From an uncultured Methanosarcinaceae archaeon (GTDB lineage Archaea > Halobacteriota > Methanosarcinia > Methanosarcinales > Methanosarcinaceae), in assembly GCA_963733675.1 (NCBI GenBank), contig CAVTET010000003.1, positions 384,001-448,000 on the forward strand: DNA of 64,000 nt. Direction: 5' to 3'. Made by a program: the position numbers and the translations under genes. Positions within the stretch are counted from its first letter, which is position 1. The number at the start of each line of letters is the position of its first letter. Positions 22,488 through 33,849 of this stretch are shown here, one piece after another. The notes beneath the pieces were generated by a model. It had not been told where the DNA came from. It saw nothing but the letters and a program-made list of their open reading frames with translations, and did not search any database.

Positions 22488-22963
22488 ATGTGGTTAATGG
22501 TAAACAGATCTGGTGTTTATTTTAAGTTTTCTTTAAATTCTTTTATGAAAATGCAGTTATCACTGTGTATCTATTTTTAATTAGTAGTCTCTATTCTTTG
22601 CTCAAGTCTTTGCTATAGCACACTTTTCCGGAAAAGGTTAAAAAAATTGGCCTTTATCATATAGATAATTTTATATATAGTCAGTTGATTGAATTGCCAT
22701 TCAAAATTGTTCTTGTATTCGTACATTCCCTCTCAAGCACTTTACAGATTTTTATTTATAAATGTACTAATTTATGTGAAGACTATATATTGTTTTAAAG
22801 TTAATTCTATTGATTCTTTGTTCAACTACGTAATATTTCTGTTTGACAGCTGGGATTAACTTTAGTGATCAAGGTCAAATTAAGCGTCAAGTCGTGCGCT
22901 ATATATTGATGATACTTATATAAGCCAAATGTAAAAAAATCCAGCAAAATGATTAAAAATTGA

Positions 22964-24958
22964 GTGAAGGCTGAAATAATAATGCAGGATATTGGAACAT
23001 ATATTAAAAAATTAAAGACTTCAATTATTGGAGCACCACGTAATCCATTAGATTCGAATATATTTCATAAAATTTCTTTGATATCACTTTTTGCGTGGGT
23101 TGGTCTAGGATCTGATGCAATGTCTTCCTCATCATATGGTCCTCCAGAAGCATATCTGGCATTAGGAGGGCATATTTATCTTGCCATATTTGTTGCGATG
23201 GGCATTATATTGACAATCTTTGTAATTAGTACGAGTTATTCGCAAATAGTTGAGTTATTTCCTACTGGCGGTGGTGGATATTTAGTTGCAAGCAAATTGC
23301 TATCGCCGTCTCTTGGAATGCTTTCTGGTTGTGCACTCCTGATAGACTATGTACTTACAATTTCCATTTCAATAGCAAGTGGTGTAGAAGCCGTACTAAG
23401 CTTCCTACCTGTAAATTGGCAAACAACTAAATTGTGGTTCGCTTTTTCTGTGATCCTGATACTTATATTATTGAATTTGAGAGGGATAAAGGAATCAGTT
23501 ATAGTTTTAATACCAATATTTGCACTTTTTGCAATTACCCATGTTATATTAATAATATATGCATTTTCTACCCATTTAGCGAACGTACCAACAGTGATGA
23601 ATAATACCGTCACCGATGTCCACGATGTAACATCTGGAATAGGGATTACGGGGTTGCTTTTTATTATTCTGCATTCATATAGCATGGGAGCTGGGACATA
23701 TACTGGAATCGAGGCCGTAAGTAACGCAGTACCAGTAATGAGAGAACCAAAAGTGAAGACAGCAAAGAGAACCATGCGTCTTATGGCGATTTCACTGGCA
23801 TTCATGGCAGCAGGACTGATGTTTGCTTATGTACTTTACAATGTCGTCCATGAACCTGGCAAAACTTTGAATGCCACCCTATTTGAAAATGTGACAAAGT
23901 CTTGGGGAACTCTGGGTAACTATTTTGTAATAGCAACTCTCATCTCAGAAGCAGGACTATTATTTGTAGCGTCACAGACTGGATTTATAGATGGTCCCCG
24001 CGTACTGGCAAATATGGCTCTAGACAGATGGGTTCCGACTAAATTCGCAACTCTAAGTGATAGATTTGTGACTCAAAATGGCATATTGATAATGGGCATT
24101 TCAGCGTTAATTATGGTTTTCCTTACTCAGGGATCAGTTGAACACTTGGTAGTCTTTTACAGTATAGCAGTTTTCATAACTTTTTTTCTATCCCAAGCCG
24201 GAATGGTTCGCCATTGGTGGGAATCTAAAATGGAGGTCAAAGATTGGGGGAAAAAATTTTTCATCAACGGTATGGGACTGGTAATGACTGTTTTGATATT
24301 AATATCAGTGATACTGGTTAAGTTCCATGAAGGTGGATGGGTGACATTGCTTATTATCTCAGTCTTTGCTGGAGTTGTTCTTATCATAAGACACCATTAT
24401 GACTATGCTTCAGGACTTATTAAAGAGCTGAATGCCACAATCATCAATTATACAGAATTTGCGGATCTAATTAAAAATGATACACCTGATAAAATTGACC
24501 TGCAAGATAAGACTGCTGTATTGCTTGTAAATGGTTTTAATGGTTTGGGAATCCATACACTGCACAATATATTCAAATTATTTGGTGGAATCTACAAAAA
24601 TTTTGTATTTGTACAAATTGGAGTAATTGATGCTGGAGTGTTTAAAGGAGTAGAAGAAATTAAAGGACTTCAGGACGAGGTAAATAAGGATATACATAAA
24701 TATGTAGGATTAGTTTCATCATATGGTTATTATGCCGAAAGTTTTACTTCAATAGGTACTGATGTTGTTGATGAAATTACAAAGCTGGCACCAGATATCT
24801 TAATGAAGTTTCCTAATTCGGTATTCTTTGGTGGACAGATTGTCTTTCCTAATGAATCGTTACTCTCAAGATGGCTCCATAACTATACTGTCTTCTCATC
24901 ACAGAGAAAGCTATATGCGGAAGGCATTCCTTTTGTAGTTTTGCCAATCAAGGTGTAG
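22964..24958 (+). CDS. APC-superfamily transporter, KimA/YdaO-like
   Basis: SDAMSSSSYG, GGGGY, DYVLT, TGIEAVSN motifs; ~12 TM plus soluble C-terminal domain; start may be ATG 22982. Confidence 0.85.
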   Translation: MKAEIIMQDIGTYIKKLKTSIIGAPRNPLDSNIFHKISLISLFAWVGLGSDAMSSSSYGPPEAYLALGGHIYLAIFVAMGIILTIFVISTSYSQIVELFPTGGGGYLVASKLLSPSLGMLSGCALLIDYVLTISISIASGVEAVLSFLPVNWQTTKLWFAFSVILILILLNLRGIKESVIVLIPIFALFAITHVILIIYAFSTHLANVPTVMNNTVTDVHDVTSGIGITGLLFIILHSYSMGAGTYTGIEAVSNAVPVMREPKVKTAKRTMRLMAISLAFMAAGLMFAYVLYNVVHEPGKTLNATLFENVTKSWGTLGNYFVIATLISEAGLLFVASQTGFIDGPRVLANMALDRWVPTKFATLSDRFVTQNGILIMGISALIMVFLTQGSVEHLVVFYSIAVFITFFLSQAGMVRHWWESKMEVKDWGKKFFINGMGLVMTVLILISVILVKFHEGGWVTLLIISVFAGVVLIIRHHYDYASGLIKELNATIINYTEFADLIKNDTPDKIDLQDKTAVLLVNGFNGLGIHTLHNIFKLFGGIYKNFVFVQIGVIDAGVFKGVEEIKGLQDEVNKDIHKYVGLVSSYGYYAESFTSIGTDVVDEITKLAPDILMKFPNSVFFGGQIVFPNESLLSRWLHNYTVFSSQRKLYAEGIPFVVLPIKV

Positions 24959-26109
24959 AATAAATTTTGAAGACTGAAGTCACGTACTTGAGGATCAAAA
25001 TCAAGTACAATAAAACCTTTGTTTTAAATTTAGAACTTAGACATTAGAAGGTTTAAATGTTTTTGATTTTTCAATTTGGCTATATATGTCCTAAAATTTA
25101 GTTGTCATATGGAATAATTTTGTTAAAATAGAAGTTGTTCTATAAGCATCCAAAAAATGTACTTAATAATAAAAAAGAAAATATTAAGTGGATTTCTGAA
25201 ACTAATATATACACTATTGAAACTATATAAATATTTGAGCCACTTTAGTAGTTTATTTATCAATTTTGAAAAAAACGAATATTACCCAAATATTTGAGAA
25301 AATGCAAAGAGATTCTTATGCTAACCATTTTCAGTAACTTGTGGCCACGGTATAAAAGGTAAGATTGAAAAAATTAATGTAGCTTTGAAGGAAGACTCGA
25401 AAATTAGGAATTCTACCTATGGGCAAGACTGGCAGAATTAAGAGAACCACAATGAAAAATTGAGGAAAGAACTTAATAAAACCAGCCTAGCTAGATCGAA
25501 TTTTGAAGCCATTCTTTTCTATAATGACAAAATTTTATAGACTATATTTATCCTTTACAAGAATACATTATTCCTCTTACTTTTTAGATTGTGTATTTTT
25601 ACCCTAGCTGTAGCAAGGATATTGAGAATAACAATTTTCTTTAGATATCATACCCGATCAAATGAATAAGATATTATTTTCATATAGAGTATAGAAATAC
25701 AATAGTGTAAGGCTTAAAATTTAATTTTATAGATTATTTCGCATGGTTAATATGCATGGTTTTTACAAGGAAACACTCAAAGGAAAGTGTTGATTCTCAG
25801 GATTTATGTTGAAAGTTTGAGATGTGGACAGATTAATTACAATTCATTCTTCTTCATTTGTATCCGGTTAAGGAGTCTGTCAACTTTAAAATATATACTT
25901 CAATATTCTATTAATTTTAATTTATATTTATGAGTTTACAAAAAAGAGAAAGTAATACATTTCTTACGGATTATGTCTTTACCGAATATAAATGGAATTA
26001 ATTGAAATACAGAAGATTTTGAATTTACTTCTAGTTCTTTTCTCCGCAGGAATCCTGTATAATGAATCACATTTTTAATGTGTTCAAGTAAGTTCTTGAG
26101 AACGAAGTG

Positions 26110-26340
26110 CTTGGCTCCCGATTAATCGATATATGAACTAAAAATATATTCAAAAAATCACAAAACAATATCATAGAGACTATGCATAATTTTATTCAGA
26201 ACTCTACAATATTAAGTTATCTAGAGGGGTTTATAAAATGGGATCAAGATGTATTGATGAAATTTTTTCTTATGAACTATTGAGAGAGAATTAAAAATCA
26301 TATGAATGTTAATTCTGAAATATACAAAATAGGAAATACT
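26110..26340. repeat. Dispersed non-coding repeat, family R1 (homologous to 29270-29500)
   Basis: Shared blocks GCTCC.GATTAAT, CAAAAAATCACAAAAC, TTCAGAACTCTACAATATT, TCTAGA, GATGAA.TTTTTT. Confidence 0.7.
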
Positions 26341-26695
26341 GTAAGTTATATCATTGTTATTATAACTGCGACTAACTTATTTAAAAACTATTGTTCTAAC
26401 TCTCTCAATAAAAATCAACACTTCATATTATGAGAAAAATGCATTTTATGGTCAAATACCAAAATTTCTTCACCAATCTTAAATTTAGATATAAATTGCG
26501 TATAGTACGAAAAATACTGAAAAAAAGAAATACTGGAACAATTTTCCCTTGTCTTTTCATCATTTTTAACGTTTATAGAATTTCGGGTGGATTAAGTATA
26601 AGTGATTGCGTTTGAAACCATAATTGATTTAAGGAAGTGAAAATTATTCATTCGTTTACTATACTTATATATATTATATCCACACTCAATTATCG

Positions 26696-27388
26696 ATGAC
26701 GTTTATGGAGCCCATCATTCCTGAAGCTGAACGTTCTCCAGAACCTCTTGATACTGATAAAATAATTTATCACCCGGATATGTTAAGGGCCAACGACTGG
26801 ATTCTGAAAGAGTATGAAGCCCCTTCCAAAAAACTATGTGTTTTCGTTCCCTGCTCAAAAAAAAAACCCTATCATGAAAGTCCCTCTCACAAAAAGTTCG
26901 ATCGAGTAATCTTCGATATCGCAAAACTTGAGGATGTGCATATTGTCACCTTTGGAACCTGCGGTATTACTCCCAGGGAACTTGATACGCAATACCCTTT
27001 CATGCATTACAGTTTCATGATGGGAAAATGCAATGTGGTGCGGATTAAGAAAGATTTCATAAAATTGGAGAGCGAAAGAATTGCCGCTTATCTTGAAAAA
27101 ACTAGAAGGAACTACACTCACAGGATAGCTTACTGTATAGGAGATTTCCGGACTGCAATGGAAAAAGCTTTGAAAATAATCGACATACAAGTAAATATCG
27201 TTCCCAGGGAGACTACAATTCAGAAAATGCTCCAACCCTCTAAATCTTTCATTTTTAATAGTCTCTCCTGTAAAGAGTACTTGCAGGATCTGTCAGATTC
27301 AATTACCGACGCTCTTAAGCTTCCCAGAAGGACAGTAGGTATCAAGGAAAATCTTTCGGTCGATGATACCGACTGGTACATCATCTAA
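26696..27388 (+). CDS. Stand-alone DUF5591 protein (archaeosine synthase ArcS core-like)
   Basis: FVPCSKKKPYHESPSH fits the PC-x3-KPY-x2-S-x2-H motif; G.TPREL...YPF.HY. Confidence 0.75.
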   Translation: MTFMEPIIPEAERSPEPLDTDKIIYHPDMLRANDWILKEYEAPSKKLCVFVPCSKKKPYHESPSHKKFDRVIFDIAKLEDVHIVTFGTCGITPRELDTQYPFMHYSFMMGKCNVVRIKKDFIKLESERIAAYLEKTRRNYTHRIAYCIGDFRTAMEKALKIIDIQVNIVPRETTIQKMLQPSKSFIFNSLSCKEYLQDLSDSITDALKLPRRTVGIKENLSVDDTDWYII

Positions 27389-27477
27389 AATTGCTGGAAA
27401 GGTGGTATTTCTTTATTATCCTTCTCAAATATCCGTAAAAAGAAGAAAGGCTTATTGTAAGAAGATAGCAACATCAA

Positions 27478-27852
27478 TCAAGTGTCTTCTATTTCTAAAT
27501 TTTTCCCCACAGAAAGCATAAGTTCTCCATAAAGTAATTTTTCCAATGTTTCAGCTACATACTTCCTTTGCTGATATTTCTGAAGATCCTCATGCATCCT
27601 AAGGTCGGAATCTACCTGAACTCGCAAGAGAGCAAAATGAAAAGCGTTTTCATTTTTTATATTTGCGTTGTAGAAGGTATCCAGTAGAGAAGGTAGTTTG
27701 AGTGGATCCTCTATAACCTCACTTAAAAGCAGCATCTCTTCTGGAATATCTTCACAATTTAGAGAGATATCTTTTTTTCCTGTTATAAGTTGTAAGTTTT
27801 TTCCAGAGTACTTTTTCTCAAGGATTATAATTTCGTCAATTATGCTTCCCAC
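27478..27852 (-). CDS. Hypothetical protein
   Basis: 124-aa ORF, GTG start; no recognised motif. Confidence 0.6.
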   Translation of the reverse strand: MGSIIDEIIILEKKYSGKNLQLITGKKDISLNCEDIPEEMLLLSEVIEDPLKLPSLLDTFYNANIKNENAFHFALLRVQVDSDLRMHEDLQKYQQRKYVAETLEKLLYGELMLSVGKNLEIEDT

Positions 27853-29269
27853 CTCATGTAAAAATTAAATTTCAGGTCTTTGAAAAGCTTTTCTACATTC
27901 TCAGATAAAATTATATGAACAATGGACATTTCGGGTAAAAAGGAATGGAAAGATATTATAACAGCATTTCTTTAACAATAAATTAGTAAGTATCGTCTTC
28001 TTCAAGGTCATGGACATGAGAGTTTCTGCCACTTTTTCATTCACACAAATGATTTCATCTTCATGGATTATTTCAATCAGAGAATCATCAACACTTGCAA
28101 TGGGGATGCTTCAGCTTTTGAGTTACCCCTGATAACTGCCCTGCCGTCCACGTGCTGCAGGGCCCCGGGAGCATAACGCACAGTTATTCCCTGGAATTCT
28201 AACTCATCATCATCGGCAATGTCTAATAGCTTTTGATTATGCTTTAGGAATTTTTCACATTAAGGGATATTTTTTCAAGTATTTTTATGTTGTCATTTTT
28301 TTTGTCCCGCACACCTCTCTATCTAATATATAGAATTTTTTTCCTTTATAAATGCTATAATCAAATTTTAGATATCCCACAATTGTAGAAATCAGTGAAG
28401 AAAAAGATAATGCAATAGCTGTTTTTTTCCAGATTGTGATATGGGCCATTGAAATTACCTGAATACTTCTATGAGAATCTTATAAGTGAATTTTAGCATA
28501 ATTTGATTGTACTTTTTTCCTATAAGTATCCTAGCATCCATTTTATGGATCACTTTCACAGCATTAGGTTATTGTATCGTGGGCAATTAGTTCAGCAGCT
28601 GAGCCTTCTTCGACCACAAAATGCATCTCGATTTTTGAAGCCCATCTTTTGAATCGCTTCGAAGCAGAGATGCACAGTAGTTTAATCTTCGACCTTTTCA
28701 TAATAACCATTTTTTATTCCCAGTTCCTTTTGCATTAAGAAGTTTGTTTCCGCCTTCCACATAGTTGCAAGCTTATGTTTATAGGGGACTGCGGCATCCA
28801 CCTTTACTGTCTTATAGGTTGCAGAGATGCCTTTCGATTATTTGGAAGATACTTTTTATTCTATTCTGGCTTTTATATTTCAACTCAAAATCATGTAAAA
28901 TAATCAAATTTATGGTGGCATACCCCACTAAAGCAACTAGATATGTTCGCGCAACTTCTCTGAATTGAAAGAAATTATCCAAAATCTATGGCTTATTTGC
29001 TTATATGCTTCTTCTCATTCCTGATTTTCCTAATTTTCAATATAGTTTTTAAATATATCGAAAATTGTACCAGTACCCACAGATCCAGTGTAGTCTCCTT
29101 CACGCCATAATTCTATTTTATGGTACAAAAGTATCCTAAAATATAACTCAGTTGTTAATAACGATTCTCGGGGAATTTTACATCCCTGCAGCAAGATACT
29201 GGGTGTTTGACTGAAATAAATTATTTATTAATTATTTGACGAAATTTAATCTAGTCAGAAATAGGGTGT

Positions 29270-29500
29270 TTTGCTCCAGATTAATAGAGATATCAGCTTA
29301 AAAATTTCACACAAAAAATCACAAAACCGTATAGTGAAAATTTACATAATTTATACTTCAGAACTCTACAATATTGAATTTTCTAGAAGCGGTTGCAAAA
29401 AAATGAAATTAAGATATCTGGATGAATTTTTTTATTAACTATTTTGTAAAAATTGAGAATTAATAAAAGTTATAATTCAAACTACAGCAAATTGGAACTA
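29270..29500. repeat. Dispersed non-coding repeat, family R1, second copy
   Basis: Same-orientation homology to 26110-26340. Confidence 0.7.
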
Positions 29501-29660
29501 TTAAAATTTTTGACATTCTTCTACGAAGAAGATGAACATATCAAAAGTGAAAAGAAAACAAAGGAGGAAAAAGTGAAGAAAATGTAGGTAGATGAAAGTA
29601 AAGGAAAAGTCGGAAAGAAAAGCCAAAAAAAGTATCACTTTTTAGGGACCCTTATTAGTA

Positions 29661-30773
29661 TCAGAGTACTTCACCCATGATACTTAGAGCTTTTTCAATA
29701 GCTTTCGTTGAAGCTGAATAAGAAATTCTCATATAGCCGTCACCCTCGCTTCCGAAGGCTGTCCCTGGAACGACTATAACACCGTTTGAAATCAATTTAG
29801 AGACAACTGCTGCAGAATCTAAAATTTTTGGGAAGGCATAGAAAGCTCCTTTGGGAAAAGCACACTCCATCCCTAGCTCATTTATTCCCTTCACAAGAAC
29901 ATCTCTGCGCTTTCGGAATTCTTCTCTCATTGCATCGACTGAATCTTTGGGTCCAACCACTGCAGCATAAGCAGCTTTCTGAGCTACTGAATTGGCGCAT
30001 GCCTGCATATACTGGTGTACTTTGAGCATCTGGCTGATATACTCAGCTCTACCTGCCACATATCCTAGTCTCCAGCCAGTCATAGCATAGCTCTTAGAGG
30101 TAGCGTTTACAGTAATTACATTGTCCGAGTAGCTGGCAGGGCTTACATGCTCTCCTTCGTAGATAAAGTACTCATAGACCTCGTCTGAGATGAGAGTAAT
30201 ATTGTGATCCTCTGCAATCTCTGCAAGGGCTTTGATATCTGCCCTGCTTGCGACTGCACCTGTGGGGTTTGAAGGAGAATTGAGGATAAGAACTCTGGTT
30301 TTCGGTGTAATTTTTTCAAGCACTGTGTCAGGCTTCATAGTAAAGTCTTCTTCTAGAGGGACGCCTATTGCCTTACCATTTAGGATCTCGGTAAGTGCGT
30401 TATATGAAACGAATCCTGGATTTGCGATAAGTACTTCATCCCCTGGGTTGAGGAGGGCTGCAAGGGCAATGGAAAGAGCTTCCGATGCTCCAGAAGTGAC
30501 AATTATTTCTTGTGGGGAAACACAAAAGCCATTTTCGTCCTTGAATTTTGAGCTCAGAGCCTCTCTAAGTTCCGGAATTCCAGCCCCTACTGTATAACCA
30601 GTAAATCCCTCGTTTATGGCTTTTATTGCCGCTGCCTTAATATGCTCAGGGGTATCAAAATCCGGCTGCCCTAGACCAAGGTTAATGGAGCGCGATCCTG
30701 CTGCTTCAAAAATTTTTCTAATTCCAGAAGTGTCTATTCTTGCTACATTTTTTGAAAACTTTATCTCCTTCAA
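29661..30773 (-). CDS. aspC: Class I/II PLP-dependent (aspartate) aminotransferase
   Basis: GQPDF, NSPSNPTG, SDEVY, SKSYAMTGWRLGY. Confidence 0.9.
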   Translation of the reverse strand: MKEIKFSKNVARIDTSGIRKIFEAAGSRSINLGLGQPDFDTPEHIKAAAIKAINEGFTGYTVGAGIPELREALSSKFKDENGFCVSPQEIIVTSGASEALSIALAALLNPGDEVLIANPGFVSYNALTEILNGKAIGVPLEEDFTMKPDTVLEKITPKTRVLILNSPSNPTGAVASRADIKALAEIAEDHNITLISDEVYEYFIYEGEHVSPASYSDNVITVNATSKSYAMTGWRLGYVAGRAEYISQMLKVHQYMQACANSVAQKAAYAAVVGPKDSVDAMREEFRKRRDVLVKGINELGMECAFPKGAFYAFPKILDSAAVVSKLISNGVIVVPGTAFGSEGDGYMRISYSASTKAIEKALSIMGEVL

Positions 30774-30844
30774 ACTGAACTCTCCTGTATCCCGTAATTC
30801 GCTACTCCTGAAATATCTCCTTTTTTTCTGCAGATTTTAAGACT

Positions 30845-31459
30845 CTATTCGATGTTCGTGTGCCTTGATTTAAGTTCGGCTTCTGAAGCGCCGGTTAGCA
30901 TAATCAGCTGGCCAACAACAGAATCCAAGAAAACAAGTGAAGTAATCTCGAAAGAAGTTCCCAAAGGAGGCATGTTTTTGTAGTCACCACGCATGTGTCT
31001 TTCAAGGTAGCCGGCTTCATCAGGGTCATTTTTCTTTTTGCTTGGAATGATCACAGCAATATCAGAAATTTTACCCAGTGTAGAATCTTTTTTAGAAGTA
31101 ATCGTTATAAGGGTTGAGCCGATATCTTTTGCTAATTTTCCAAGGTCAACTATAGTACGGGTTTCTCCTGACCCAGAAATAGCAATCACAATGTCCTGCG
31201 GTACAACAGCAGGGGTTGTTGTTTCACCAACCACATATACACTAAGTCCAAGATGCATGAGCCGCATAGCAAATGCTTTGGCAACAAGTCCCGATCTTCC
31301 GGCTCCCATTACAAAAACTTGATGGCCGTCAATTATTTTTTGGAGCATCGCCTTTATGGCTTCCCTATCTAGTTTATCAATTACTTCTTCTATATTTTCT
31401 ATGATCAGTCTCATTGATGATAATACTTCTTCACAGTCATTTACCTTAATTTTTTTCAT
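30845..31459 (-). CDS. hxlB: 6-phospho-3-hexuloisomerase (SIS domain)
   Basis: GAGRSGLVAKAFAMRLMHLG, ISGSGET, PLGTSFE, RHTNIE. Confidence 0.93.
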   Translation of the reverse strand: MKKIKVNDCEEVLSSMRLIIENIEEVIDKLDREAIKAMLQKIIDGHQVFVMGAGRSGLVAKAFAMRLMHLGLSVYVVGETTTPAVVPQDIVIAISGSGETRTIVDLGKLAKDIGSTLITITSKKDSTLGKISDIAVIIPSKKKNDPDEAGYLERHMRGDYKNMPPLGTSFEITSLVFLDSVVGQLIMLTGASEAELKSRHTNIE

Positions 31460-31819
31460 ATGAGTTCTCCATAGAACATTGGGTTAAAAACCTGATTTAT
31501 ATAAGAATGATTTAATTAGAGCTTAATCTACCTGTCTGTATCAATGATGTATAGCACCACTGAAACTCTTTTTCTATAACCTGGTTCATTTTTATGTAAA
31601 ATTAATATGGACTTTCAGCTCACTTTCGGAAGCTGTACACAAGAATTACATATATTTTTACTAATATAACAATAACTTGTAAATTATCTACTATTAATGA
31701 AAATAATGGACACATAGGCAAACAAATGCTAGATCTGAGTGGATCCACAGAATTTCTGTTCCAAGGCAAAATCCTGGAATTTTCTTTTCATCTAATGGCA
31801 TGCCAACAAGTTGTCTTCT

Positions 31820-32350
31820 TTATCGATTTGTTTGTGATTCAGTTTTATAATTTATACATTTCAGTTCCCAGTTCTCTATATTGTTTTTTAATTCTTGGTA
31901 GAGCCTCTGAATATCACAGTCACTACCGTTCCAGTAAAAATCCTGACGTACGTCTCCCTTTTTGAGTTCTTCAAGTACAAATTTAGACATATGGAAGAGA
32001 GCCTTTTTATTGGAAAAAGGAATGCTATAGTTAACGCGATAACCGCCGGCTGTTTTTCCGTACGACACCAATATGTACCCCTTACTTTCATATTCAGTGA
32101 TATCATCAAAATTACAGATTGTCTCAAATTCATAAACTGCAGATTGGTCTATTTTCGAAATTCCAATGAGTACCTGTGCTATGATGTAATCAGGAACCTT
32201 TCTTCCAAACCATACAGCGATTTTCCCGTAGGTACAAACTATGTTGACGTCATTCCTGCCCATTTCAAAGGAGCTTAGGGACTGAGGAGAGGATATTTTT
32301 GCTTCCATGTCTTGGGTTTTTTGGGCACGCATCGCTTCCACTTCGTTCAC
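31820..32350 (-). CDS. Hypothetical protein, third gene of the oapAB-like operon
   Basis: GTG start overlaps the upstream stop (GTGA); 176 aa, no recognised motif. Confidence 0.7.
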   Translation of the reverse strand: MNEVEAMRAQKTQDMEAKISSPQSLSSFEMGRNDVNIVCTYGKIAVWFGRKVPDYIIAQVLIGISKIDQSAVYEFETICNFDDITEYESKGYILVSYGKTAGGYRVNYSIPFSNKKALFHMSKFVLEELKKGDVRQDFYWNGSDCDIQRLYQELKNNIENWELKCINYKTESQTNR

Positions 32351-32715
32351 TTACTTATAGAGACAAGTGCACTGATAAGGTTACTGTCCTTTTGAAGAGT
32401 TTTTAGCTGGTTTGCAGGACCTATTACTGTGAGTCTTCGACTGCTCTGTTTTTTAAAAAACCTTCCTAGCAGTGAGTTGTCTGAATTTGCGGGGTAACTT
32501 TGCATTTCAATGCCTGAAAACACATCCGGCTGGATTGCTGACATTGTCATCTCTATTAGCTTTGCTTCCTCCATAGGGTTCAGGCCTTTTTCAAGGACCA
32601 GGATTTTGCCTTTCCGCACCTCATCGATTATGTAGCGGACTTTCTCCATCGAAGCCATCTGAGAGATTCTGGCTTCAGATATAAGATCAAGTTGAATTCC
32701 CTTCATATTGATCAC
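32347..32715 (-). CDS. DUF2073 protein (OapB-like)
   Basis: SMEKVRYIIDEVRKGKILVLEKGLNPMEEAKLIEMTM, RLTVIGPANQLKTL. Confidence 0.88.
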   Translation of the reverse strand: MINMKGIQLDLISEARISQMASMEKVRYIIDEVRKGKILVLEKGLNPMEEAKLIEMTMSAIQPDVFSGIEMQSYPANSDNSLLGRFFKKQSSRRLTVIGPANQLKTLQKDSNLISALVSISK

Positions 32716-33377
32716 CCGAACTGCTTTGCCAGAGCTTCGTAAAACGAATCCATCCCGACCCCTTCAAGTGCCGAAACTGGTACCATGGGATGTTGTGGGA
32801 AAGCTTCCTTAATGTTTGCAGGGTCAGCATCAGGAAGGTCTACTTTGTTTGCTACTATCAAAAGTGGAAGGTTCCTGGCTTCCATGTTTCCTATTACCGT
32901 TACGTTGACCTGTGTATAGGGATTTGCAGTGGAATCCATAACCAGTATGACGCCGTCTAGGTCATCGAGCCATTTGACAGCTTCAATTACACCTTCTGTC
33001 GCTTCTTTAGATCTTTTCTTTGATTCAGAATCACTCATTCCTTGTTCCATGAAATCGTGAAAATCTATTTTCGTGGCAATCCCAGGTGTGTCCACTATAT
33101 CAAGACTGATAGTATACCCATTAGCTTCGATAGTGATCCCATTCTTTCTCTTTGCATGCCTGGTTTCATGGGCGATATGAGAAACAGAGCCCATAGTTTC
33201 TTCTGTCCCGACCCAGTCCTTAAGTATCCGATTGCTAAGAGTTGTCTTACCGGCATTAGGAGGGCCGTAAATTCCTATGCATGCTCCTTTTCTCTTGAAC
33301 AGTTTATTGAACATTTTTGAAAAGCTTACCCTAAATCGTTTTAACATATTCATGGCTTCCCTCCATTGGGAAAGCAT
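32712..33377 (-). CDS. Era-like GTP-binding protein (OapA-like)
   Basis: G1 GPPNAGKTT, HETR, G3 DTPG, G4 NKVD, VSAL; true start may be a few codons in. Confidence 0.9.
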   Translation of the reverse strand: MLSQWREAMNMLKRFRVSFSKMFNKLFKRKGACIGIYGPPNAGKTTLSNRILKDWVGTEETMGSVSHIAHETRHAKRKNGITIEANGYTISLDIVDTPGIATKIDFHDFMEQGMSDSESKKRSKEATEGVIEAVKWLDDLDGVILVMDSTANPYTQVNVTVIGNMEARNLPLLIVANKVDLPDADPANIKEAFPQHPMVPVSALEGVGMDSFYEALAKQFG

Positions 33378-33637
33378 AAAACCTAAGGATTTCTCGGATT
33401 GCTTTCCTTTGTGGGTTGATGTTTAAAGTGGTTTTCTTGTTTAATTAATCCAAGCATAAAACTATTTCCATTTGTTATTTTTAAGGAATCAGAGAACTTT
33501 GAATATTTTCTTCTACTTTCTGGGACACCAAAACATAAATAGTAAACTTCATGCCTTTTCTATAATAAAATAAAAAATTCTCCGTGAAAATACAACTAAA
33601 ATATATAAGATTACTTTTGATCGTCTGATTCCCTTAC

Positions 33638-33679
33638 CATATTTAATAGAAATGTTTGATCATATTTAATAGAATGTTT
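33638..33679. repeat. Tandem direct repeat upstream of the GTPase operon
   Basis: CATATTTAATAGAA(A)TGTTT twice, 23-bp period. Confidence 0.7.
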
Positions 33680-33849
33680 TTTTATAATATCTCTTTTCAG
33701 ATCTTCACTAAATCTGTTCATTTGTTTTAAATTTTTTATATTCTGATGTTCTGTACTTTCCTTTATATTCTTTCCTATTTTGATGCAATCCGATAGATCT
33801 AGCGTAGCATATCGATTTTCCCATCTTACATATAAAAAAAGATAACTAG

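Noticed and set aside
27980-28930. Coding-like decayed sequence on the minus strand
   Set aside because: Probably pseudogene debris, but no family could be assigned with confidence by eye.
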